DNA of 64,000 nt from Tricharina praecox (lineage: Eukaryota): NCBI RefSeq assembly GCF_024521635.1, contig NW_026250405.1:310001-374000 (forward strand), in the 5' to 3' direction. The translations under genes were made by a program, and so were the position numbers. Under the pieces are notes generated by a model. It was given only the letters and a program-made list of their open reading frames with translations. It had not been told where the DNA came from and did no database searches. The first letter of the stretch is position 1. Every line of letters starts with the position of its first letter. Shown piece after piece: positions 35,646 to 47,172 of this stretch.

Positions 35646-37634
35646 CTCTAGCTCTAGCGCTCCACCCACCCTGCGTACATACTTTTACTTTTACTTTTCT
35701 TTGTTGTTTATTATCCTTTCAGCGGATCCAGCATCATCACCGTTCGTTTATTTATCATTATTGGGTGGGAGTTTCATTCGCTTTGGTATTTGGTTTTTAG
35801 TTCGGGTTTGGTTTGGCTTGCATCGCACAAAGTTGATTCCGCAGGTCTTTAATGTTTGTTTTGGGACTTGTTGCGGTTACTTATGCAATAGCTAGGCTGC
35901 TCACAATTTATTTGCTGACTCGGAGACTTCAGGTTGCATGATTCGTGGTAGCTGTTCGAAGCTTGGTGCATTCTTTGATGGGACGGGATTGACTCCGGCC
36001 CGGCGGCGCTGTCGGTCTGGCAATGGACGAGGGTGGGGTATGTGCGGGCATGGTTACCTTCATGTGAAGGAGGGAGAACTGTCGAATGCTGGAAGGTTGA
36101 TGACTTGGAGAGGATTCGGTCGGCTGTGGACCGTGGACTGTGGGATATGGAGGGTGGCCTGTTGTCGATGATGACGATGATGATGATGATTATGATGATG
36201 ATTCTATCAAGTGTATATACTCACAGGTCCAGCAAGGACGCAATACTTGTTGGCGAGTGGAACCGTAGGTCCGTAGGGACGAGGTGCGGACTCTTGATAA
36301 TCGAGATTAAACGAAGGGCGGTTCAACATGGCGTTTTACATTCCGGCTCCAATGAATGATATTCTCCTCTCGGTCCGCGAGGTCCCCGTGGAACCGCAAA
36401 CAGTCACTCGCCGCCAGCACAGTACAAAGCACTGCGGTATCCAGCTTACCGGTACTATTGCACTCCGCAATGCCATGACCCATCACTGGTGACTAGATAC
36501 TAGATCGAGATGTGGTTTGTTCCGAATCTCAACTTACATTCTCCAAGATCGAGAGTCGAGCTTGGCTTACCGATACCGACAGAGCTGTTGCATTCCGATG
36601 TTCTCTTCCGATACTCTACGATGTAAGGAGTAGGTACTTGGGTATCAAAGTCATGGCAGTGAGCGAAAAGCAACAGAACAAAACGGGGAGCGTCATTGAA
36701 CTTTGAAGCATAACAACGCGAAACTACTGAAGCTTTCTAATCGCCATCGATGGGATCATACAGACTGCAGTTATGCATAAAATGTACTAAATAGCTCCCC
36801 GCGAACCGTGGCTAAATTAAATTTAAATCTCCAAATATAGACAGATAGTCAATACGAGTGATAATCCATGTTCGGATCCTCGGTCCCCTACTAGAACTTC
36901 CCCGGAATCACCGGGTATTCCGCTACGGAATTACGCTGCCGCACCGATGGCTCACATGTAAGGGTGAAACATCCACATCGATCCTGTGCCTGGGTACTCC
37001 ATACATACCAGACTCCTGGAATGGTGGGTGCCCATCGCTGCTGTTGATCTCGGTACCTGGACGGATAGACCGGGGGTTGAGCGAGCAGACGTGGGGAATA
37101 TTCTCATGCGAGGAGGGGGCTTCTACTTATCTTTCGGGTAACATACCAGAATACATCGACACATGAAGGTTCAAGGGTGAACATTGGTCTGGGACAAGGA
37201 ATGAGCACTTGCTCGTTGCACGATACCCATTGCACACGAGAAGGGCATGTATGTACGCAATGGGGAAGTAAAGAATGTGAATCTATGGAGGTGTTGGGAG
37301 GAGAGCACCGGCTTTGGCCTTTGGGATTAGAGAATGATCACGATCACAAGCAATTGAAGGGATTGGAATTTTGAATCTAGGGTTGGGGTAAGCGGAGGTT
37401 CGAGAGGTCCACGATATTCAATTTACATATAATTGTCGTTTCGCCGCCGCACCCCACCCTCAAATTGCTTCTGTACGGAAGACTTCGTCTCCTCTTCTAC
37501 AACCACACGAAAACCGACAAACAGAGGCAGATACATAGACAAATAGTATATCCCCTTTTCCTTTTCCTTTCCCGCTCTTCCAGCCGCTGACACATGCAAA
37601 ACTACAGCGAGCATCAAGCACCAAGAAAACAATA

Positions 37635-38129
37635 ATGAAGCTCCACCACGTCTTCGCCCCGATCCTCCTCTTGATCGTTCTTCTCGGCCTCGCCAACGCC
37701 CAGACTTCGATCCGCTGGACGCAGCTGCGCATGTGCGAGCACCACCACTTCCAGGGAAAGTGTCACAGTCTGGAGCCCATGTCCTCAGGTTGCAGAAAGG
37801 TGCCTCTGCCGATCTACCGCCAGGTATGTAGCATCTCCGCTCCGCCCTCGATGAGTGAATGAGGTGCTGACAGTGCGCGCGTACTAGGTCTCGAGCTACA
37901 GGGTTACGAACGGTTGCTGCACGTTCTATCTGTACGTTGTTTTGTTGCCTTCCTGCTGTGTGTGTATGTGTGCGAGGGGCTGGTGGCTGACCAATGATGA
38001 TATGTACACAGCACCGACGACTGCAAGCTCCGCATCTTTTCTGCCACCAACCGCGAGGATGCTACCCTAGATGGAAAGCACAACGATGCGATCCAGGCGT
38101 ACAGATGCTGGTTCGATTGCCAAGCCTGA
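37635..38129 (+). CDS. Small secreted cysteine-rich protein (116 aa, 8 Cys), beta/gamma-crystallin-like; exons 37635-37823, 37888-37931, 38012-38129
   Basis: Signal peptide MKLHHVFAPILLLIVLLGLANA. Introns GTATGT..GCTGAC..TAG and GTACGT..GCTGAC..CAG give ..CEHHHFQGKC..VSSYRVTNGCCTFYLTDDC..HNDAIQAYRCWFDCQA*. Confidence 0.88.
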
Positions 38130-38721
38130 GCTTGCACGATGAGGGCTCGGTAGTTATCACGGGGGATTTCTGGTTGATTTACTGGTCAATTCTTCGAGAT
38201 AGCAATTAAAAGGGCGTAGTCTTGATTTGGCTCGAGGTTCTTTGAGATAGTGACGCAGTTCACGATAGTAAAAGTTTTTGTTCAATCGGTAACTGCATGA
38301 GACCTACCGTCTTACGTGGATCATGAAAATATACTCGGCCCGCTTTTCATGTCCACCGTCCAACTCAGTTTTCGTCAAGGGGCACGATGTGGCTTCTCCT
38401 GCCCATGGTCTTTCCCGTAGATATATGTAGAATGCACCAAGAAAATGAAGTTCGGAAAATGAAAGATCCGCTCCTCGCTCCGCCTCGCCTTCTGCCTCTC
38501 CATCAGGATTCAGGGGATGCCATGAAGGAGGGTGTAAGGAGGAATAGTGGGAGTGACGCCAGTTCCTCAACCTCGGCGCCCTCCCCATTTCGACCCCACT
38601 CGACCCCTCTCCGCCTGTTAAAAATCCAGTTCCCTGGGCTCCCGCTCGGGCACCTCAATTGCTGCGTCCTCTCTAGCGATCTCCGGGATCCGCCTGTCTA
38701 CACCAGTACGATAGTAAAAGA

Positions 38722-38775
38722 TTTTTTTTAATCATTGATTAAATGCGACCTATGTAGCTAGATCATGGCGATGTT
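38722..38775 (-). mobile_element. Tiny LINE 3'-tail fragment
   Basis: T-tract followed by ATCATTGATTAAATGCGACCTATGTAGCTAGATCATGGCG, the shared tail motif. Confidence 0.6.
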
Positions 38776-38911
38776 GGTACATGGTAAAAAAAATTGGTGT
38801 CACAGACTACTAATGGTTTTTTATGGTCACGAGAAGTTGAGATGTTTAACAGCCTTGCTTTGTTGAGTACCCCATACAGTTGTGTACTGGTAATTATAAC
38901 TAGCAGATGCC

Positions 38912-39503
38912 TTAATTGCGATCACGCCTCATCACCAACCCTCTATCCTTCGGTTTCACCTGAGAAAGAAGCAACTTATCCTCTCTGCCGAGCAGCATAG
39001 CCTTGCGAGAACGGGGAGTAACTTTCGAAGCTCCAGAAGCTCCAGGAGCAGCAGCCGAAGTCGAAGCTCCAGGATCAGACGCCGAAGCTCCAGAAGCAGG
39101 AGCACCGATGTTTTCCGCACGATAGAGGCTGACGCGTTCCTCGCAGGCCTTCTTCATAGCCACTCTCCTCTTCTCCCTCAACATCAGCTCGCGCCTAATA
39201 CTCTCGGCTTCCTTGGTGCATCTGATCTTCTCATTGTTGAGGAACGCCTGCTTCTTATTGGTAGTCTCGTCCCTCGTGGCTTTGCGCTGAGCGAGGAACT
39301 CTTTGGCCTTGTCGTCGGTGGCCTTGGCAAGAGCGTGCTGGGCGGCGCTCTTGCGGAGCTTCTGGATGACGCTGGGGCCTGGAGAGGGGGGAGGGCTCGT
39401 GGTTAGCTGGGGGATCGAAGGGGTCGGGTAAATATTAGAACTTACCATTAGGCGTCTTCTTGCAGAGCCTGCGGAAGGCGGCGGTGGTGAATCTTCTAGA
39501 CAT
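38912..39503 (-). CDS. Hypothetical basic coiled-coil protein; exons 39503-39446, 39378-38912
   Basis: ACAAACAACATG start. Intron GTAAGT..GCTAAC..CCAG (39445-39379) joins MSRRFTTAAFRRLCKKTPNG to PSVIQKLRKSAAQHALAK.. in frame. The 3' end is less certain. Confidence 0.65.
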
Positions 39504-40003
39504 GTTGTTTGTCTTGATGAATTGTTTGTGTGGGGTTGTGAGGAGTGGAGATGGATGAACCAGGAGTTGTTGTTGCGACGAACGTGGAGATTGATGAACC
39601 AGGAGTTGTTGAGACGAAGGTGGAGATGATTTGTTGTCGTGGTGAGGAAGGAAGAAGGAGAGAAGGAAGAAGGAGAAGGGGTGGAGTTGGCTCAATCCTA
39701 CTGAAGTCGCACTTACCGTTGGTGGTGAGAAACGAGGGCGAATGAAGGGTAGAACCAGCGATTCAAGAATTCCGCAAACACTAGCCTCACCAAAACAAAG
39801 TAGCCAGTTCACGACGGCAACACACGTTTTCACATGACACACAAATCCAGATTCGCATCTACCGAATCGTTCAAAGTCTATGAATGTCTACAGATATCTG
39901 AACCAGCCAAATCAATCTTGATTCTGATCGGAGGAGCCAGTATGTAGATCTTCATAAAGTCTAGCTCGTGATCGAACGAGTGCTTTCCTGTAAACCTCGC
40001 CTT

Positions 40004-40775
40004 CATGGTACAGCGCCTGGAAGTATGGATACAAGACCCAGACGAGGGGGCATTTGTTCAAGAGCTGCCCACAGTGGAAAAAACAACAGAAACCTAGGTG
40101 GACGAGGATCCATAAAGCCACGGGCCGGGACAAGGAAAGATTCAAGATCAAGGATCTCGCGAACCAAGACTGTAGTACGGCTGTCCTGGGTTTCCTCGCC
40201 AGCACGGACGGGGGCCGGAGGATACCCCTCCTCGGAGTAGAAAACGAACCAGAACCCCCGAGCCAAATCTCAGACATAGCAGCGGCGACGGCGGACCCTA
40301 CATACCTCCTGGCAGGGGCGAAGAAAGAATGAGCATGAGCCGCAGTGGCAGAGGGAGTGGCGAGAGCGGAAGAAATGAGACAGGCTGCTGAGAGCCTCCC
40401 TCCCTTCCCTCCTGCCCCTGGGGGAGGATACAGAATGAGCGAGCAGACGGCCGGCCGGCGGAGGACATAGCGAATACGGGTGGAAGGGAAGAGGAACTAC
40501 ATGTCCTAGTCGAGCTCATGGGAGGTTAAACGGGACGAGGATCGGAATTACGAAAGCTTATTCATTAATTCTTTCTCCTTTTCCGTTTCCTACTTTCTTT
40601 CTTTCTGTCTTACTTTCTGTCAGGTTGAGTTGAGCGGGGAGGGAGCAGGAAGCGCTGGGCGCAGAGCAATAGGTAATCGGTATCGAGCTCGCGGCCAGAG
40701 GTCGGTGACAGCCAGGTGGAAAGGGATATTTAATCCGCCATGATCTACTAAGGTCGAATGGAATGATTAAACAAA
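40004..40775 (+). mobile_element. Degenerate non-LTR (Tad1-like) retrotransposon 3' end: ORF2 zinc-knuckle C-terminus, 3' UTR and tail
   Basis: Translates YKTQTRGHLFKSCPQWKKQQ..TGRDKERFKIKDLANQDCSTAVLGFLASTDGGRRIP, homologous to 44440-44660. Ends GCCATGATCTACTAAGGTCGAATGGAATGATTAAACAAA. Confidence 0.85.
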
Positions 40776-41059
40776 GACAATCAGAGGGCAGAGAATCATG
40801 AAGTCTCGCTCGTGATCTGGCGAGTGCTTTCCTGTAAGCTTCGGCTTTCGCAGGGCAAGGCTCCAACGAGCGGGGCACCGCAAGATGGAAACATCGAGCT
40901 GAACCCAGAGGAGATGAGACATTGATGTGCTATCATCGGACACAGCCAGCTGAAGAATTCCGAACAAAAAAAAGAACTCCCTCATGGGCATCGTTGCATC
41001 CAGCAGAAACTGCATACTTGGCCGTCACTCGAAGCTCTGTTGACACGCTAGTGTCGGTC

Positions 41060-43760
41060 AAATTTCTGGTACTAGCGGTGTGGGGGGTAAGGTGCTTGGA
41101 ATCCGACCCGCTACACCTATAACTTCTCTCCTCCGAACCTCTATCCCTCCTTACTACTTAACTGCTATACTCCCAACTCTTCCTCCCTCTCTCCTCCAAC
41201 CATTCAGAAAATCGCTATTCACTCTTTAACCTCTTCATCTCATTCTTTCCCGTCCGGCACTACTTGTTGATTCATACTACTGACTGATTGATTAGTTTTC
41301 ATGGTCCGCTATCGACGCCGAGTTTTATCATTTCAGGTACGTCCTCCCCCCCCCACCTTTTGACTTCCAGGATAACCTTACAGAGCTATCCTGCTCAGCC
41401 GCAGTAGCGAGGAACTGAGGGATCCGTGCAACCGGTCCACAAAGTAAACTGTTGCAAGAGACGGATCGAACCCTCGAGGCTGAGCAGAGAAGATCCAAGG
41501 ACGGGGTTTTCTCTTGTGCTGCCGGCACAAGTTCTTTCCCCCTTCCTCCGGGGGTCCAATTCGGTCAAGACTCGACTTGCCGATTTGCTCCCGTTGGATG
41601 GCCTCGCCGACACCGGGTGACAGCCGGTCTCGTGACGAGGAAGAAAAAAATAAGAAGTATAACTTGGTTACTATCCCCCCCAAGTTATCTGCGGAGGTTT
41701 TCTTCCTTTGCTGTGAGTCTGTGACAGCAAAGGTCTTTCCTCCTGGCCATGTGTGTGTGAGAGACATGCATGGCCAAGGCCAGCTCCCCGAAATCGCGGG
41801 ACAGACGGTTTCGGACGAACAAACAAAAAAACCAAAGAAGTATAACTTGGGCTACTGTCCCCCCTCAAGCCATACGCGTATAACCTGGTTTACTACCCCC
41901 CCAGGTTATACGCGGAGGTTTTCTTCCTTTTAAAAGTCTTTCCTCCGGCCATGCATGTGAAGCATGCATGGTCATTGGCCAAAATGCTGTTGCTCTGGCC
42001 GCTGTGCGAGATTACGACATTGGCTTCTTAAACGACTGCATCCTCGATACACAGCTGCTTCTCGTGTTCCTCCTAGTTCCTAGTTGCTAACTGCGGTTAT
42101 GCGGATAGTTGTTTGCTGACAAACCTCCAGGCCGGAGGCGGCATTGGGAAGACGTCCTACATAGGAAGTACCGGTGGACGTCAACTACGAGTAGTGCAGT
42201 CCGCAGAACACATCCCGAATGTACTACCTATACCGGGAATATATCCTCCGAGTATACCATAATATTTCTTGCTTGGACGGGGCCAGTTGGTGGGAGAGGT
42301 GGGATAGGTGGGTGAACGCCGAAGAATGCACGGCAGCTGGGCAGCGGCGGGATGTCGTTTCTAGTATTCATCATTCGTCATTCATCAGATGGCCAACATG
42401 GACGGTTAATAAACGGCACAGGCACGTAGAAGACGTACAACACAGAGGGCTACCGATATACACGGATGGATCTCGGACGGACACCGAAGCGGTCGACTAA
42501 GTAATACGCTGTCATCTTGCGACACGGCACCCAATGGAAAGACTGCAAGTTACATCCGGGAAGTATACGCAGGCATCGCGCGAGGCTTCCCTGCAGCTGT
42601 CGATAGGTTGCACACCCTCGGCAGAGAAACTTTGCAGACGGCTCTTTTGCTAATATATACCCCTCCAGGCCGGAGGCGGGATCGTGAGGATAGCACACAC
42701 AGAAGAAAAAGGAGATAAAGGTTGATCGTCTATTCTGTAGAGGTTGATCAAAAAAGGAGAAGACGAAGAAGAAGAAGAAGAAGAAGAATAAAGTAAAACC
42801 CCACCGGATCCACACAGTCGACCCCGCCACGGCCGCTAACGGTGATTCCCACCGCTACTAACCACATTGGTTTGCTGCCGCCAATAGGATTCCTCCATTG
42901 CTCCGCCACAATGTCTCCCACACACGGTCAGGTAGAAGGACGTATTTGATGGAACATGGAGTATCCCAATGGGAGCAACGAAACTTCCAAATCGTGGTTG
43001 ACGACTAGGAACCAGGGACACGCCGGGAAGCAGCCGGTGATGCAAGGATGGAGGGGAAGGAGAAAACAACACACCTTCACGCGCGGTCACTCGCCGCATT
43101 AGACAGTACGGCCGAACCAACAAGCAGGCCAAATATCGTTGTATCGCGCAGCGACCAGAGCAACAGCATTTGGCCAATGGCACATGCATCTCACTCGTGC
43201 ATGGCCAGGAGGTAAGACCTTTCAACTTTGAAAGGAAGACGACCTCCGCGTATAACTTGGGGTGGTAGAGGACCAAGTTATACTTCTTTGGTTATTTGAT
43301 CTCATCCGAAACCGTCCGTCGCCCGGTTTCGGAGAGGCGGGCCTTGGCCATGCATGTGACATGTCTCTCACACATGACATGCATGGCCCGGAGGAAAGAA
43401 GGAGAGGAAGTGGTTAAAGACTGAATAGCGATTGTTCTGAATGGGGGGAGGAGAGAGGGAGGAAGAGTCGGGAGGAAAGGAGGATTTTATAGCTGATTGT
43501 GATTCCAAGCAACCAATACTACCGCACTAGCCGCGACTCAAAAGCTAGCTTTTCAGCAAACACCGCTACATTCCAAGTTGTCGACACATGTTTGACATCA
43601 CACGCAGTCATTCGAGCTACGAGTGAGTGAGTATGAACTTGTTCCCACCGCGCGGAATAACGACAAACGCGCAGGTAATTACTGATAAAACAAAAACAAA
43701 AACAAAAAATAGCGATAAAGGTGGGATGGTGGCCAGCACGTTTGCTTTTTTTTCTTGATG
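41060..43760. repeat. Foldback-arranged modular repeat: plus arm (~41060-42120), central module (~42120-42910), minus arm (~42930-43760)
   Basis: The arms contain the same modules in opposite orientation, and each module matches other copies in the window. Confidence 0.85.
42142..42661 (+). mobile_element. Internal LINE fragment (RNase H N-terminal region) flanked by an 18-bp direct repeat
   Basis: LPIYTDGSRTDTEA..YAVILRHGTQWK matches the non-LTR RNase H motif. CCTCCAGGCCGGAGGCGG at 42124-42141 and 42662-42679; a single (empty-site) copy at about 11867. Confidence 0.75.
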
Positions 43761-43849
43761 AACTCTCTACGAGCAGACATTTGCAGCTTTGATGCTTCAA
43801 CCGCAGCCGGCGTAAAGAGTCACAGCGAGACGAGAAAGGGTGATACATA

Positions 43850-45050
43850 CTGCGCGCAATCCCGTCAGGCTCAAATTTCAATATCGGGGCGAGGAGCTAC
43901 ATAGATTCCTATCGCTGCGATTCACTTTTGCATTGAACCACAGCCGTAACGAATTCCCTGGACACCTCTGGTCTTGATTTATGACCCAAGTTTCTAATAA
44001 AACCGGACCTTACTACATACTAGCCCTAGTATACCAGAAAAGAGCTGAGAGCCTGAGATCGCCATCGATATCAGATAGTTTTCGGCCTGCAAGGCATCCT
44101 GGAAACGAAATGGCCGGCGAATGGACCAGGCGGGCAGCCGACAACCCCGCCGCCCGCGGAATGGAGGGGCTACACACTACCTCAGCCAGTACGAGATTCG
44201 ATCACCGCCACCGCCAGCACCCTCGCTCACCATCTGGAGTGTGGGACCACGCAGGCCAAATGGAAGAGGCAAAGGCACGGGCCGACGCAAAATTCACCAG
44301 GAAAAAGTACCGTCACAGCCCGAAACCTGCCAGAAATTTGATCCGATCCCGGCCTGCGTCCCGACACGCCTGCGCTGCGGGGTTTTATCAGCCGAGGACG
44401 GGGTAGTCCCTCCACCGACAATAAACAGAAAGCCGCCTTGATGCTCGGTGCGGATGCTGTCGTTACAAAACCGGGACCCGGCAACTCCTCTTCGAATGCT
44501 GTCCGGAATGGAAACGCTAGCAGATCCTGAGGACAGATATTCGAAAGGAGACGGGAGGGGCAAGAATTAATTTGAGATACGTAAGCTTTTCGTAAACAAG
44601 CGGTGCAGTCAGGCCATCCTGAAATTTCTCACCACCAGTATTGTGGGCAAGAGAATTCCGGGGGTCGGCGAGGAAAATGCAGTAAGTGAGGTGTCCGAGT
44701 GGGAGCTCTGGGAGCAGAGAGAGATAGGCAGAGAGGAGGCGAAAACAGAATATCAGGAGGGTGCTGAGGTTGAGGCACCGGTGGGGTCACCCCCCTGTTT
44801 CTCCCATACCCTTCTTCCTGGAATCTCCTGATGAGAGACATAAGGCAAGACGGAGTGAGAAGCGGACCTTCTTTTCCTGAGCTTCATTTCTTTGGTGTAT
44901 TCTACATGGACTTTCGGGAAAGGCCAAGACGGGGGGCAGGGAAAGCCACGCGGGGCCGCCTGACGAAATTCGGGCCGGGCAGCGGACATGGAAACGGTGA
45001 GTGTATTGGCACGTATAGGTCGCAAGCAATTGACGATCACACCAAAAAAA
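43850..45050 (+). mobile_element. Degenerate non-LTR (Tad1-like) retrotransposon 3' portion: RNase H C-terminus, zinc knuckle, acidic tail, 3' UTR, A-tail
   Basis: PGNEMAGEWTRRAADNPAARG, GFYQPRTG, RCGCCRYKTGTRQLLFECCPEWKR*, GRGKN*FEIRKLFVNKRCSQAILKFLTTSIVGKRIP and SEVSEWELWE, with stops and frameshifts. Ends TATAGGTCGCAAGCAATTGACGATCACACC(A)7. Confidence 0.85.
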
Positions 45051-45802
45051 GACACGGCCCACGTCCCGGCACATCCGCCCGGTCTCCAGCAAAACAGTCG
45101 AAGCACCACGTGCGTGGCCGGCCCTGCACTCCGAGACTCGTACCTCGTACATACCATCTTTCGGACTTCTCCGGGCCCTTGGCGATACTTCCGCTTCCGC
45201 ACCACTCCATTTATATCCCGTGGAGTCGGTGACGGCCGGGGGCCTGTCCATGAACGAACCGTGCCACCGATAGTACGCCAATATCGGTGCGGTTTCAGAG
45301 TCCACCTTCTCCCGGGGCAGCCGCAAAAATTTAACCGGGCCGATCACGCACGGATCAAACGGACGCGCGCCGGCGTCGTGTCCACCGTCCCGACATATGT
45401 ACCGCGAACGGCGACTCGGAACGGTGGGCGCTGGGAATGTGCATTTAGCCGCTTCAAATTCGGGGGGTGGATCCGGAATGGCGGACGCATGGAAAACCAC
45501 TTAGGTACGTATGTCGCAAGGCGATCTCACAGTTCTGACACACGCATCGAATCATGGTTCGTGACTAGGTATAGTAATATATGACCTGTCATAATAATGT
45601 ATCTCTAACTCAGACATCGATAGCTACATACATCCACCCTCCCAGATCCCTCTACTCCTCTCCTCGTCCCCTTATATTTATAGCAAAGTATAGTATAATA
45701 TGGTATATACGCCAAAGAAAGCCCAATCCTGCCCGAGGATTAAATGATCCCCATAACGAAAAAGCATGAAACACAAACATTCGCTCGCATGGATCTAAAT
45801 AT

Positions 45803-47172
45803 CTAGTATCTGGTGTACAGAGACCTCCTGCGGAAGGGGAGGCTGGGGAGCGTGGAGTTACCAGCGAGTCCCTCGGCGCCATTGTAGGCCAAGTTGTCGA
45901 TAGTGTCCAGACCAGGGTTGGTGACGATACCGGCGATCGACAGTGCCTTCATGCGCTTGACAACGGCGGCCGGGGAATCGAGACCCTCGAGAGAGATGAG
46001 GTAAGCAGCGAGTCCGACGATGTGAGGGCAGGCCATCGAGGTACCGGAAATGGTGTTAGTCGCGGTGGTGCTGCCGATCCAGGCCGACTCGATGTCGGTG
46101 CCGGGGGCGAAGATGTCAACGCTGGCACCGAAGTTGGAGTACACGGCACGGCTGTCATCGGGATCGGTGGCACCAACGGTGATGGCGGTAGAGACGGAGG
46201 CTGGGGATGAGTCGGCGGCATCGGCGTTCTCGTTACCGGCAGCAACACCGAAGGTAATACCGGATTCGATGGCGGCGCCGACAACCTCGTTCAAAGCAGC
46301 AGAGAAAGTTCCTCCCAGAGACATGTTGGCGACGGCCTTGCCGCCCCTCTTGGAGGCATCCTCGGCAACCCATTGGACACCGGCGATGACACCAGAGTTG
46401 GTACCAGATCCATCGTCACCGAGAACCTTGACCGCGACGATGGTCGCCTTCTTGGCAACACCGAAAGTCTTTCCGGCGATGGTGCCAGCAACGTGAGTGC
46501 CGTGGCCCTGGCCGTCCTCGTCGGATCCACCAGCAGTGTTGGTGCCGAACTCAGCGCGGCCCTCGAATTCCTTGTGATCGATGTTCACACCAGTGTCGAT
46601 GACATAAGCGGTGACGCCTTCTCCCGCAGAGGAGTCGTACACGTAGGAGGTGGTGGAGCTGTTGTCGCTGGCGGATGCGGACTCATGCGAGATACGTGCA
46701 ATTCCCCAGGGGGCTCTGCGCTGTTCCACCAAGTTGTAGGCAACCACGACCTTGTCTTCCTCGACCATCTTGACGTCATCCCTTGCTTTGATCTGGTTTC
46801 AGTTAGTAAAGTGTCACTATCTGAATATGAACCCTGAGGGGGAGTATTAACCTCTTCGATCGTGACCGAGTCGAAAGCTCCGGAATATCCCGTGAGCTTT
46901 CCGAAGTGGTAGTTGTACTTGATACCGGTCAAGCTTGTGTCGTCACGGCGGGTGAGACGTCTATGATGGAGACTGGTAGCCCAGACCTTGTGCTCCTCGA
47001 ACTGAGTAGCCGTGACCTCGTCCTTCAGGATAATGATGTAGTTGTCCTGCACGATCGAACCGGCCTTGATGGTGAAATCGCCGGTGGAAAGAGGAGCTAT
47101 GGGAGCTGGCAGGGCAGCGACGAACGGGAGAATGGCCGCAGCCACGGCGATGATGGAACGGAAAGAAACCAT
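45803..47172 (-). CDS. Secreted subtilisin-like serine protease (S8A, proteinase K type, I9 propeptide); exons 47172-46852, 46792-45803
   Basis: Signal peptide. Catalytic motifs VIDTG, GHGTHVAGT and SGTSMACPH, plus NMSLGG and AAGNE. Intron GTTAAT..ACTAAC..CAG at 46851-46793. Confidence 0.96.

Noticed and set aside
44581..45584. Apparent spliced gene (GTAAGC..CAG and GTGAGT..AAAG) with long ORFs on both strands
   Set aside because: The first 'intron' translates as conserved LINE ORF2 sequence and the second is the LINE 3' tail. The ORFs are better explained as GC-rich noise.
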